Below are positions 1-12,248 of a DNA stretch of 64,000 nucleotides, piece by piece (positions within the stretch are counted from its first letter, which is position 1; every line of letters begins with the position of its first letter). The stretch is from contig NC_087252.1 in NCBI RefSeq assembly GCF_037042905.1, positions 3,784,001 to 3,848,000 on the forward strand, read 5' to 3'. The translations under genes were made by a program, and so were the position numbers. The notes under the pieces were generated by a model. That model was not told where the DNA came from. It made no database searches and saw only the letters and a program-made list of their open reading frames with translations. Source of the DNA: Lytechinus pictus (lineage: Eukaryota).

Positions 1-2829
1 ATTGAGGACTTGTGATTTCCGACAAAGTGTACGGCAGATGTTGAAAATTATTATCCGAGGAGCATTTCATAATCTTTTGTCAACGATTTTCCCTCACTTA
101 GAAGCAGTGCAAATCATTGATTATTTTTTACATGTAGTTATCCCCTTGTTTCTCCCAAAATACATCATTTTTAAATATGCTAAGAAAAAAAAATAGCAAA
201 TTTGTTCTGGTCTAAAACAGTAAAAATCTGCAGGGTTTGATTCGTACAAAATATCTGAGAGATTCCTTGAATTATTAGTTTTTTCGATTTTTACTTATTA
301 ATTAAATCGAAATATAATTCCATGGATAAAATACTTGTACTTTCAGAGGAATCTTGACCTGAATTTTATTTTGGAAAATCTCCTTTTTTGTGGCCCCAAA
401 TATAATCCAAGATTTTGATTTATTTTTGTTTATAAAATATTTAATCCAAAGTCAAATGTCCTGAAACTTCACAACAATATTCTTCTTAAAGATATCTATC
501 TTACTAATGATATACAGCGAAATCCGAATGCTTTTTAAAATATATTTCAGAAGTTGAAAATCTCTTAACTGCCCATATGTAAGGTGCACAATATATTGTA
601 CTCTATTAAGCCCAAGATGTACACTACACATTGAAAGTGGAATTAGGCAGGCCTTGGAGCCGCCTCAACATGTACACATCAGCTTCCTATTTTGTATTGC
701 CAGACTGGACCGAGTCCACCTCGAAGATGATGAGAGTCTGAGAGTCTCGCAATTACCCCCATGGCAGCTGAACCATTGAACTTCAAATATTTATTGTTAA
801 AAATCAACGAGAAAAAGTCATCAAGGACATACCCAAGTGATTTTTATATCAGATTTTAAATTTCTGTACATAATTTACAGGAATTGTATAAAGGGATGAA
901 TAGCTTTGTTGAAAGTAGAAAATTTTGCTACAGAATGAGAGGTTCATGTGCATGTATGCCATATTTCCTAGTGTAAAATCAACAATACCTGAAAATTTTT
1001 AGATGAAATTGAAGTCATTAAATATCTATTTCTGAAAAAAAGTGGCAAATTTCAAGCCTTGTCTTTCATTGATTCGTTGATTGATTCATGTGCATGTAAT
1101 GTACAGTATGTATTTTTACACTTAAAGACACATTAAAATATAACATGATATAAAAGAGTATGAATATAGTCATAAAAGATGCAGGAAAAGTCATTAAAAG
1201 CTAGTTGGATCAGACAACCTAACATAGGGTTAAATATGTTAATGGCCATATACAAACTACAAAGAAACATACAAACCTTGGGATGAGAGTAGACAACAAA
1301 CTCTTGTGTAGGTTAGAGCAGTACCATGTGGTACACACAGAGCTCACTTGTATGCCTGCCAGAAGAATACCGTCCAGACACACATTCTCTTTCAGAAATA
1401 ATTTTTATTGACCACCAAGTCTATGAAGTTCAGGCCATTCCTTTCTGACTTATTAATTCCAATGAGAGGGACAGTGGTTTTCTGTTACCAGTTAATGAAA
1501 AATGGACAATCTACTTATCCTCCATGTCAAAATTCATTGAATACCCAGTATACCTTAATACAAAACAAAATTACAAAACAGACTTTCCACTTTAGATCGA
1601 GTTTGGAACAGAACTACAAATTTCGGAAATGGAAAAGACAGTTTTTGTTTAAACAGAAAATCACTATCCCTACAATAGACTTGAAATTCATCCTGAATTT
1701 GAATCCTGAACAGAATAATTAAAGTGAATTTATAAAAATAAAAAATCCAAATCTGGAACTAGTTTTGCCGAGGTTGATTCTGTTGGGACACATGAATCTT
1801 TTCAACTTTAATTGAAGTGGTATATAACATACACATGTATGTCCTGCATAATCTGGTTATATAAATGATTTTTGCGAATACTCGAGTTACGGAGTTGCGA
1901 AAGTCAACATATTCAAGTTGACCTACATTGTTAAAAGGGAAAGAAAATCAAGAACCATGGGGGAAAATTAAATCATACAAAATTTGCCGAAGGTTTATTT
2001 GCTTACACATAATCTGTCATGCAAATGATGCAGGACAAGTGGACCATTGAATGAAATAATTGGGAAGTTCGAATTGGACCAGGATCATCATTTACTTTGG
2101 GTTGTGTAAGTTTTTAGCAATCCTCTATTAAAGTTCTAGACACTTAACACTCTCACTTGTTAATTAAAATCCACAAACATTCTGTATTCAGTGGTGATTA
2201 AAAGTTGGTGAACCCCAACCAGAAAATGAACATGAAAAAGGTTCTGTCCTGTTTTAGATGTGTCAGGTGATGAAATATTAAGTTCAGTAAAGTTTGTTTC
2301 TCTGGGCTCTCTAAACATATTCGTGTTGTTTTCTACAATCAACATGAAGGAGTGCATTTTGTGGTGGAGTTCACTAACTTTTGAGCAAAACTGTATGGAA
2401 GAACTTTACTTAATGATGATCAATAGATCCTTCTCACAGACTAATTTGCCATCCAACGGTAACTGCCATGGTAACGCTGATCACCAGCCAATCAGAATCA
2501 AGCATACTAGACAAGTTACCATTGAATGGCAAATTTACCATAATGGTAACTTTTGATGCAAACGGGGCTCAGGTGGCGCCAATTAGGAAGCACCTTTTTT
2601 TGTTTCGTCCAGGGGCCTACAGTACTTCTGATTGCTTCTTCACAAATTCAGACTTATCACGGTGCAAAATTTGAAACGTAGGGCAATTCTTATTTTAATC
2701 CGAGCAATGCCTGCTCATGTATATCTCACATGACTTCTTGCAGTTTAGTTGCTCTCTAGGTTACTCCTGTAACATTGATTGTCCTGTCAGCTTTTATAGT
2801 GCAAACTACCCTGCTCTTTTTTCACTCAG

Positions 2830-4253
2830 GTTGGGATTCAAGAAAGCAGAGCTCACATCCAAGGAAGGAAAACACACTGAAAATATCAGGTGATGCATCA
2901 CATGACAGATCAAATGAGGATTTCCCAATCCAAACTGTTCTAGAAAACAATTCTGACCTATCTTCCAGAGGCAATTACTCAAGTGAGTACGACTCTTTTC
3001 TACAAAGGCAAGTGGATTATCCTCAAGAGGAAAGTGTGACTGACAGTGCTACCACTTTCAATGATCATACAGAAGAAATAACGGATTCAGAGGAACGCAG
3101 GGGGAAACGCAAAGCTGCCTTTCGAAAAACCCTTGATGATGGAGCAAGCCCATCGGGAAGCACTGGAAATGATGCTGAAGGAAAACTTTTCATCTGTGCA
3201 GTATGCAGTAGAGGATTTAAAGGGAGGCAAGCTTTGGATAGGCATATGAGAAGCCATTCAGAAGAGATGCCTCACGAATGTACAATCTGCAAGAAAAGAT
3301 TTTGGCAAAGATCTGATCTGAGGAAACATTTCCGAATCCATCCAGAGGGAAAGCCATATTCATGCTCTCTTTGCGAGAAACGATATTTCGACAACGCTAA
3401 TCTCAGAGCACATATGTCGGTTCATAGCAGGAAAAATCATCACCCTTGTTCATTTTGCAACGAGATATACGTGAGCAGGTCTGAACTTGATGCACATGTT
3501 AAAACCCATGCTTATGAGAAACCGTATCAGTGTACGGATTGCGATTTGAGATTTTGTAGCAATGCTGCACTCCAGGCTCATAAGAGAATCCATACAGGTG
3601 AAAGGCCTTTTATGTGCCCCTTTTGCAACAAAACATTCACCACACCTTCTCTGATGAGGACACATTTGAGAATCCACACAGGCGAGAAGCCCTATGAGTG
3701 TTCTGTGTGTGGCGACAGATTTTCCTTCAATACACAACTTGTGGTTCACAAGGCAAAGCACACGGGAGTGAAGCCGCACCTGTGCTCTATCTGTGGAAAG
3801 GGGTTTTGGAGAAAAACCTGTTTAAATAGACATGCAAAGACTCACGCAGGAAAAATTCAACACCCTAAAACCCACGTTGAGGAGAAACCGTACCAGTGTC
3901 CAGACTGCAATTTGAGATTTAAGCGATTTTCTTGGCTTCAGACTCATTTTAGAAGCACCCATAAAGAACAAAATATCAAGCCGTTTAAATGCCGCTATTG
4001 TCCAAAGGCATTTGCCACATCTGGTCAGCTCAAAGTACACACCAGAATGCACACAGGCGAGAAACCGTATGAATGCTCTCAGTGTGGTGACAGGTTTTCC
4101 TTCAACAACCAACTCATGGACCACAAGAACAAACACAGAGGGGTCAAGCCATATTCCTGCCCCGTTTGTGAGAAAGGATTTTGGAGAAAAAACTGTTTGA
4201 ATAGACACATTGAGACTCACGAGAGAAAAAAAGAGAGTGGTCTTGTACCATGA
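2830..4253 (+). CDS. C2H2 zinc-finger terminal exon 1 (Ser/acidic linker + 12 fingers); 5' exon(s) not in window
   Basis: ORF 2775-4253 has 12 C-x2-C-x12-H-x3/4-H motifs with TGEKP-type linkers. Polypyrimidine tract + CAG acceptor (AG 2828-2829, phase 1). The ORF segment upstream of 2830 is probably intronic. AATAAA at 4585-4590. Confidence 0.9.
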
Positions 4254-5514
4254 ATGAAAAGCCATGCTAATTGATCTTGTTGACCTTTGAATACTGCCAT
4301 CACTTGGTACTTTAACCTGTTGCCCAGTGTACAAAGTCTATGGTAATTACAGAATTCAGTATTCAATGGGCTATTAACATTAATCCTGATTTTTTGTTTA
4401 TGTAGATGAAATTATGTTTGCGGTCAGGGTTAAGTTCATAATGCTAGTTCTAAGCTCTTATATAGTAAAAAGTTGTAAAAATGTCAACAGAGCTGTGTTT
4501 GAACACAATTATAGTATATATAGTACAAATATGGTATGGTATTTATTAAATGGATCACAAAGACTGAATTGCAAATTGATATACAATAAATCAAATGGTG
4601 TAAATTAAGTTTTGTAACAGTGGTATCATTTACATAGTAAAAAAGTATACATATATATCACAGACTGAATGCAAGATATAACATAGTAAACCATATTTAC
4701 AATAAAAGGGTAATATAGAACAAACACATTCATGAATAAAACAAAAAAGAAAGAGAGAATGGAGGAGGAGAATGAGAAGAAGAGGTAGAAGAAAAAGGTG
4801 AATAAGGAGAAGAGGAAGAAAAGAAAGAGAAGAAGGCGAAAAAGACAATTGAATTGAAGTTGAATTAAAAAAAGAAGATAAAATTTCATACAACATAATG
4901 CAAATTGGTATACAGCACTGATATGTAAAAGGTAAAATCTTGAATTAGGATTTGTGGTTTGGCAATCGTGAAAACTCATGGATTAGATTTTTTCAAAAAG
5001 TTTAAAAAGTTATGTTTTGCAAGTCGCTTTTCTTGATCAATAAAATTGGTAGTGCAATATCAATAATAGTTGAATGATTGTTTTTCCAACTCTGTATCCT
5101 TTTGTCTGTTTCAGTAATAAATTATAGTATATACATTGTTAAAACAGACCAAATCTCAGTATGAAAAAAATAGCTTGACTATTAACTATCGGCAATATGT
5201 TGAAGGGCAAAAAATCAGGTCTCAAAAGCTTTACACGGTAATAGCTTGAATTATGGTAGAATAACTCTGATGCCTTGCACTCTTGGCCAAAATGTTGGGT
5301 AACTAATGGTGTCTACCAGGAAAATCCCTAGTGTCTCTTCAAGATTTCTAGATAGTTATGAGGATAGATATTAAAGTAGTTCCTTTAAATATCAGCAATA
5401 TGTTGAAGTGTGCATATGACGTGATGTAGCGGTTCTGACTCTTGCCTTTCAATCAGAGGGTCGTGTGTTCATATCCCACCTCACGCTAGCGTCCTTTGGC
5501 AAGATGTTGATCTG

Positions 5515-5660
5515 GGTTCCGTTTCATAAAGACTTGTAAGAGTAACAAATGAACAATTTCTATGACAAGCTTAAAATCAGCCAATCAAATTAAAGGATTT
5601 CAGTAGCTTTGAACTGTTATTGCAAATTTGTTATCGTAACAAGTTTTATGAAACGGGCCA
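5515..5660. mobile_element. PIF/Harbinger-like MITE (CTG TSD)
   Basis: TIRs GGTTCCGTTTCATAAAGACTTGT / ACAAGTTTTATGAAACGGGCCA; CTG at 5512-5514 and 5661-5663. Confidence 0.7.
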
Positions 5661-5818
5661 CTGCATTTGCCACTCCCCACCCAGGTGTAAATCGGATACC
5701 CGGTAGGATGCAAAAGTTATTGTATGTTTGAATTTGCCAGCGCCTTTTGAGGCTGCAAGGAATGCTTCCAAGGGAGTGGGAATTGTGAACCTTAATGCAG
5801 GATTGAAATGAGTGCAAT

Positions 5819-6463
5819 GGGTGATTTCAAGTACGGTGTTGAAATCTGGTGTTGTGACAACACCAACACTAGCCACAACAACGTACTTGAAATCAGGCTG
5901 GTGTTGGGATTGACCTCGAAAAATATGACGTATTTCCGGCAGTTGGTGTTCAATGCTGGTGTTGAATGTCGTCTGCTGAACCCAGCACTGCGGCTGGTGT
6001 TGACGATCTTCGTGCAATTTCCCCATTCACCAACACCAACCCCCAGGGATTGGGAAAATCATGATTTCAAGTTCGGTGTTGGTGTTGGCAATCTCAAGCT
6101 CGTGAACAGGCGGCGAACACGATGAAACATCCCCGTAAAATTAGCTTTTACAGTTTAGATGAGTACAAATCATTTGAGCTGTATATATTTTGATGAAGAA
6201 TAATGTTCACTCTTTCGAATTCTTGAATTAATATTAAAACATTGGTATTCTGTACGATGAGAATTTAATGCATTTCTCTCAGATTTCATTTTCGTCGTCG
6301 AGACTTCTCGCGTGAAGTTGAGATGATTTAGCAGCGCAGCGCAGAGGCGTGACGTCATGTGCTATCGATAGCGCAATCGGTATCATTCCACTGAACTCAG
6401 CTCGGTGTTGGAGCTCGGTTCAGCGGCCTTTTTGCGCTCTCAACACCGAACTTGAAATCACCC
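5819..6463. mobile_element. PIF/Harbinger-like non-autonomous element (AAT TSD)
   Basis: TIR GGGTGATTTCAAGT(A/T)CGGTGTTGA at both ends; AAT at 5816-5818 and 6464-6466; internal GGTGTTG/CAACACC motifs. Confidence 0.8.
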
Positions 6464-7029
6464 AATGACTGGGGTAATAGTATGCTGGAAAGCGCTTTGA
6501 GCTGTATATGGGAAATATAAAAACTGGCTATTATTCCCCAGATATCACATTTTTAATTTCTTGTGCACGATCGATATTGTACTTGTAAGCACACTTGTTA
6601 CGTCAACTTTTGGTATTAGTCCGAAGGGGTGAAACATTGTTAAAAGTGGAAAGATTTGCTTTGGCAGAATGAAAGGTGTAGCATATCCTATTTCCCTTGA
6701 TTTCCTCGGTAGATAGTGTTGCTTACCCGGCAGTTTGGCCCAGAGTGGAAAGCATCAGAGAGTCATTCTACCAGAGTACTTGCTGTCGGGGTGTTACGCT
6801 TTTGAGACATGAATTTTCGCACTTCAACCTATTGAGTGAAAGGAACTACTTTGATATTTATCATAACCAACCAGAGACCATTCATTTCCTAGTGTATGGT
6901 GGTACACTTTTGAGACCTGAATTTTCTTTCCCAATCGATTTGACCTCTGAATCACTACCTTGTCTGTAGTCTTTAGGGAAGGCGTTCAAATTACCTTGTC
7001 TGTGGTCTTCATAGCTTCCTGTCTGATCT

Positions 7030-7128
7030 CGGACCTATCCACGGAGGATTAGTTTATTGTTACTGGGGGTGCTGAGCATTGTCACAGCACCCCCAGTAAC
7101 AATAGATAATCCTCCGTGGCCAGGTCCA
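7030..7128. mobile_element. 99-bp hairpin element with 10-bp flanking direct repeat
   Basis: Near-perfect stem around the loop 7075-7084; TGTCTGATCT at 7020-7029 and 7129-7138. Confidence 0.65.
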
Positions 7129-7177
7129 TGTCTGATCTACATTTTTGCAGTTTGATATTACAACATAAGCTTGCAGC

Positions 7178-7314
7178 TAGGGATGAAGTCTAGGCCGGCC
7201 TCAATGCCTCATTTTGCTCTGGCCTTGGACCGAGATGCATGTCCAAAATCTATGGAATATGCTTCTCTTCAATGGCCTCATGACGAGGAAGTACCAGTCT
7301 TGACTTCATCCCTG
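7178..7314. mobile_element. small hAT-like MITE
   Basis: TIR TAGGGATGAAGTC / GACTTCATCCCTG; no clear TSD. Confidence 0.45.
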
Positions 7315-7524
7315 GTAGATGGAATTGTGATTTTGATCTTGACTGTTGGATTAAGTCGCTACTTGACTGTATTAAAGAGTTTAGCAAAATTCTTGAATTT
7401 GCTTTTACAATCTAGTTTGATTTATTTGTTGAAGAAATGTGCCCCTACCAATGTTGCTTTTGTAAAAAGAATGATTGTCCTTCACTTAGATTTAGTGCAT
7501 GTCACCCTGCTTTTTCGTACTCAG

Positions 7525-8669
7525 GTTGGGATTCAAGAAAGCAGAGCTCATATCAAAGAAAGGCTCAGGAAACATCAGGTACATCACACGAAGAACATCC
7601 TCCACAGGATTTCCCAATCCAAGCTTTTCTCGGAAACCATTCTGATCTATCTACCGGAGGCAATTACTCATGTGAGTATGACTCTTTTCATCAAGGACAG
7701 AGTTTTGCTGACATTGCTACCACGTTAGATCATGATGGTGAAAGATTGGATAGAGACATTACGATGGGCTGTGGTGTGAAAGGTGACAAAACATCAGGTG
7801 AGGCATCATGTGACCGATCACATGCTAAGGGACAAATTGTTGCTGACAGTGCTACAATTTCAGATGATCGTGAAAAAGAAATGATAGGTATGAACTCACA
7901 CAGTACCAAGGAACATGATGAGAAATCCGAAGCCGCCTTTTCAAAAACCCTTGATGCTAGAGCAAGTCCATCGGGAAGCATTGGAAATGATGCTGAAGGA
8001 AATCATTTTATCTGTGCAATATGCAGTAGAGGGTTTAAAGGGAGGCAAGCTTTGGATAGGCATATGAGAAGCCATTCAGAAAAAATGCCTCACAAATGTA
8101 CTGTCTGTAAGAAAAGATTTTTGCAAAGATCAGATCTGAAGAAACATTTTCGAACCCATCCACAGGGAAAGCCATATTCATGTTCTCTTTGTGAGAAACA
8201 GTATTGCGAGAGGAATGATCTCTTAGCACATATGAGAGTTCATAGCAGGAAAAATCATCACCCTTGTTCATTTTGCAGTGGAACATTTGTGAACAGGTCT
8301 TATCTTGATGCACACATTAAAACCCATGTCAGTGTAAAGCCTCACAAGTGTACAGATTGCAATTTGAGATTTTGTAGCAATTCTGTGTTCGAGGAACATA
8401 AAAGAACTCATACAGGAGAAAGGCCTTTTAAGTGCTCCCTTTGTAACAAAGCATTTGCCCAATCTAGTACACTGAGTGCTCATATAAGAATACACACAGG
8501 CGAGAAGCCTTATGAATGTTCTGTGTGTGGTGACAGATTTTCCTTCAATACACAACTTATGGTTCACAAGAAAAAACACACAGGAGTGAAGCCGCACCTG
8601 TGCTCTATCTGTGACAAAAGATTTTGGAGAAAAGGTTGTTTAAATAGACACATGAAGATTCATACTTGA
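7525..8669 (+). CDS. C2H2 zinc-finger terminal exon 2 (8 fingers)
   Basis: ORF 7437-8669. Acceptor AG 7523-7524 (phase 1) is followed by the same GTTGGGATTCAAGAAAGCAGAGCTCA as exon 1. Finger 1 (CSRGFKGRQALDRH) is near-identical to exon 1. Confidence 0.88.
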
Positions 8670-9019
8670 GAAAAGCTCTGTCTGCGATCCATGTGTGGGA
8701 GACACTTTCAGCTAAAGGTTCATTTGAAAGACCATATGAGGACCCACAGAAATGAATTTGTTGGTGTTTGAATTATTTTTCCTGACATTGAAATACTGTA
8801 TTTGTATAAAGAAGATTAAATCATGAGCTAGTATGAACTTTGTGTTTGAGATAATTGGTCATTGATAACGAATGTTTAAACTTTTTAATCTCAGCTACAA
8901 TATTTCCTGGTGCCTTTAACAGACACTCTATATGAATAATAGATCTTTTTCAACTTTATATCACCCAATCACTTCCTTTTAAATTAAGTTGTGGGTACAT
9001 GTCATTTTTCAGTTTCATA

Positions 9020-9750
9020 ACCAAGCAACCATGCCAATACTCTAAAAACAAGCCCAACCAACCTATCATATTCAATCTCATTTAATCAAGCCCAATAAAC
9101 CAGGTCAATAATAATGAAGCCCAACGGCAACCAGCTGCCACTAGGTAATTGGTTATTTACCAGTTTGGTGTTTACCAGCAAAATGCTGTCTTGCTGAGTT
9201 CCTACGAGAGTTACCATAAACAAAATAGAACTATTCAATCAGACCTAACAAACCATCAATGAATTATCAAGCCCAACCAACCATGGAAAAATACCTGATA
9301 ATCAAGCCTATTGAACCAAATATATCAGTATTGTGATGAATTCCATCTAACCCTTGCAATATTTCCTCATCAAACCCTACCATGTTAATAACAAATGATT
9401 AAGGCCAGCCAACCATGTCAACCAATTATCAAGCTAAACTGACCAATCCTGTCATCAAGCCCAATTTTGTCCATAATCAAGACATGAACCATATGAATAA
9501 GGAAGATCAACTAACTACGTGTCCTCAGACTTTATATTCATCCTCAACAAATTTAGTCAGTAATCAAATAAAGTCAAACCACCTATGTGCTTGTTCAATT
9601 AACCCCAACAAACCGTAATCAAGTAGTGAAGCCAACCAACTGACCATGTCAATGGCTAGTCATGAAGCGTTAATGAACCAACCATGTGAATACCAAATTA
9701 GCCAACTAACCATATCAATATCTTGAATTTCCACCTAATCCACCGAATCA
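9020..9750. repeat. degenerate ~30-35-bp minisatellite
   Basis: Recurrent (ATC)AAGCCCAACCAACCATG-like units. Confidence 0.5.
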
Positions 9751-10025
9751 CAAGTGGTACATGTACAATATGTCACATTTATCTTGTGCTAAAACTGGAC
9801 CATCAAAAAGGTTTGGCCTCACATGATGATAGGGAGTTTTTTGCACCGTGATGCAGAACTCGTTAAAACATATAAAATGTATTTGTTAAATGCACTTTAG
9901 ACAACGGGCAACCAAGAATTCATTGTTGAAAATTGGTTAATCAAACAGCAGTTTTTCTGGGAATCTTGATATAAAACGAAATGCAAATATTTGCATTTTT
10001 TGTCAGCTCCGAAACTGCTGTTCTG

Positions 10026-10182
10026 GGGGGCGTTTCATGAAAGGACTTGTCAGACGTTTTATCCGACAAGTCCCATTTTATCCGACAGTTACCATAGTAA
10101 CAGTACCTCCCAGCCAATCAACATCAGAGAAAGATGTCAGATCTGACAACTTGTCGGATGAAAATGTTGATGAAACACTCCC
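10026..10182. mobile_element. Harbinger-like MITE (CWG flanks)
   Basis: GGGGGCGTTTCAT...ATGAAACACTCCC, flanked by CTG/CAG; internal inverted ACTTGTC(A/G)GA motifs. Confidence 0.65.
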
Positions 10183-10401
10183 CAGGTTCTCCAATTTTTT
10201 ACAAAGACCTCCCAGCTGTTCATTGTCCCTGGAAATGCATTTTCAATGTAATCACTACATGTATGTTGTTGAATTTGTTCTATGACGCAGTTTGAAAACT
10301 CACTAATGCATGTATATGAATTAGCCTTCCTAAACCTAACTATCTGGCAATACATTACCCATAGCCAGTTAACATGAAATAAACTAAAAACAACTGACCT
10401 G

Positions 10402-10527
10402 GGTCCCGTAACACAAAGGTTTGCGATTAATCGTACGCTTGATTTTCACTATTGTGTATTGTAGTCAGTGGAATCAATCGTAGAATAGTCTTTGTATGAT
10501 CATTGCTAAGTTTTGTGTTACAGGCCC
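10402..10527. mobile_element. Harbinger-like MITE (CTG TSD)
   Basis: GGTCCCGTAACACAAAG / TTTTGTGTTACAGGCCC; CTG at 10399-10401 and 10528-10530. Confidence 0.65.
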
Positions 10528-10816
10528 CTGGACTTCATGTTAATAGAATATCACACTCCAGAGGATGCTCATTCCAAAGCTGCTGGTTAATAATAACGTC
10601 AAATGGAGGGATAAGAGTATTTTTCAAGTGAAAGTTGCAACATAATTTATTATGCTCAGGAAATTTTTCGGCTTCTGACTACCATCTTTTGTTCCAGAAT
10701 GATTAAGTTACGTTTGTTGACTGTGCAGTGCCCTTGGTAATTACAGTCATGTCAGCATGACAAAACAATCTGTTAAAACCTTGATTCATTGATATCGAGA
10801 ATGTACTCCAGAGCAG

Positions 10817-11088
10817 TGCCCTGTCTTACAAAGAGTTGCGATTGATCCCATCAACCACAAATATAGATGGCCAGCAACATCTTAAATGCCAATTTGTTCA
10901 AAATATTTTCTAGATATGATGCATATTGATTCATACATTCATTGTTCTCTTGAAGATTCAGTGTGAATCTGGTTGTTTACTATTAAAGGAGATTGTGCTA
11001 ATTTACTTTAGAAAAAAATTGAGGTTTGGATGGATTTCCATACAGTTGAGATTAATTGGATCAATCGTAAATCTTTGTAAGACAGCCC
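10817..11088. mobile_element. Harbinger-like MITE; related copies at ~24925-25172 and 43870-49031 (split)
   Basis: TIR CTGTCTTACAAAGAGTTGCGATTGATCC / GGATCAATCGTAAATCTTTGTAAGACAG; body similar among copies. Confidence 0.65.
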
Positions 11089-11385
11089 ATAAGTCCTTCC
11101 CAAAGATGCTCGTCATTAAGGGAAGTTCTTTGAGTAAAATGCATGTACGAGGCAAACAAATACAGGTTTGATAGTCCTGAATTGCTGATGTGAGTATTAC
11201 AGGACAGCATGTTCATTTTTAATTAAATCATACAATTATAAAAAGTATGTAAAAATTTTGGACCACAACCACACTTGTGAAACTGATTCCAGACCGGTCC
11301 AAGTAGTGACATTATTGATACCCAATCAATCGGTGTGGAGTCGGCTTTGGTGGTGTGACTGTAGATTCATTTTGCATATACAAAA

Positions 11386-11657
11386 CGGGGGTGGATCCAG
11401 GATTTTCCAAAGGGCCATTTTTCTGAGGAAAAATTTGACAAGCCAAATAATTAATAAATCTAAAAAAAAGGTTTTCAACCAAAAATTAAGGACAAATTAT
11501 CCACGAAAAAAACTGACAAAAAAAAGGTCTTCTTTCAAAGGGGGGGGGGGGGGGCACGCTGCTGTTTTAACAGCATTTTTACATTACAAATTTTAATTGT
11601 GCCTCTCAAAAGGGGGGCACGGGCCAGCTGTGCCCCCCCCCCCTGGATCCGCCAGTG
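11386..11657. mobile_element. hAT-like MITE (8-bp TSD)
   Basis: CGGGGGTGGATCCAGG / CCTGGATCCGCCAGTG; flanks ATACAAAA and ATACCAAA (1 mismatch). Confidence 0.65.
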
Positions 11658-12248
11658 ATACCAAAGGATTTGATTAGAAGGACAAGAGCTGTCATGAAGT
11701 TGTATTAAAATTGAGTAGTATTTTTTTTCTCTTCAATCCTTACAAGAGGGATTTTATTTGTTCACATAAGTAACATACATGTACAAAACAAACAAATAAT
11801 TTCTTTTTAAGTAACTTTGAATTACTACCTTTAGGTCATAAAATAAATAGCATGAATCTGATGTTTTTCATTTCCAAAACATTTCCTTATATAATTTCTA
11901 TAGATTACAAATTGTGATATTGAATTGAAAATTGAATATCATTAACTATTTTGTTTTTTTACCTTGCACATTCATTTCCTTTTCTCATTTTCTTCTGTCT
12001 TTTCTCTTCTTTGTCTTTGTTTTCATCACCTTATACTATGCAATGTGCAAAAGACTACTTTGTCTGGAAAGGTGATTTTTGTCTGGGATTACTTTAAGAG
12101 TAAATTGACATTCTGTATCATTATGTTAGTTTCGTTTGAATTTACTTGGTGTGTAAAGAAAAGTACCCCTTCCCCTGCTCAATTCTGTTGCATGTGTAAT
12201 AAAGTGACTAGCTTTAGTGCAAATTACATTGGTCTTCTTTTTACTCAG

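Larger units (their letters stand above)
5419..6535 (+). mobile_element. tRNA-derived SINE interrupted by two MITE insertions
   Basis: Degenerate A/B-box head (GTGATGTAGCGG...GTTCATATCCC), core CCACCCAGGTGTAAAT shared with the SINE at 41878, and (TAT)n tail at ~6529-6535. Confidence 0.7.

Noticed and set aside
1..580. Right end of a DNA transposon
   Set aside because: Looks repeat-like, but the partner terminus is outside the window, so it cannot be supported.
2775..2829. N-terminal extensions of the ZF ORFs (also 7437-7524)
   Set aside because: They translate the polypyrimidine tract upstream of conserved acceptors, and the peptides are not conserved between paralogs.
3450..4334. Antisense/alternative-frame ORFs over ZF exons (also 8035-8597, 12405-12817)
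   Set aside because: Shadow frames of ZF coding sequence with no independent motifs.
5646..6125. ORFs of 105-126 aa
   Set aside because: They lie across SINE/MITE sequence and have no domain signature.
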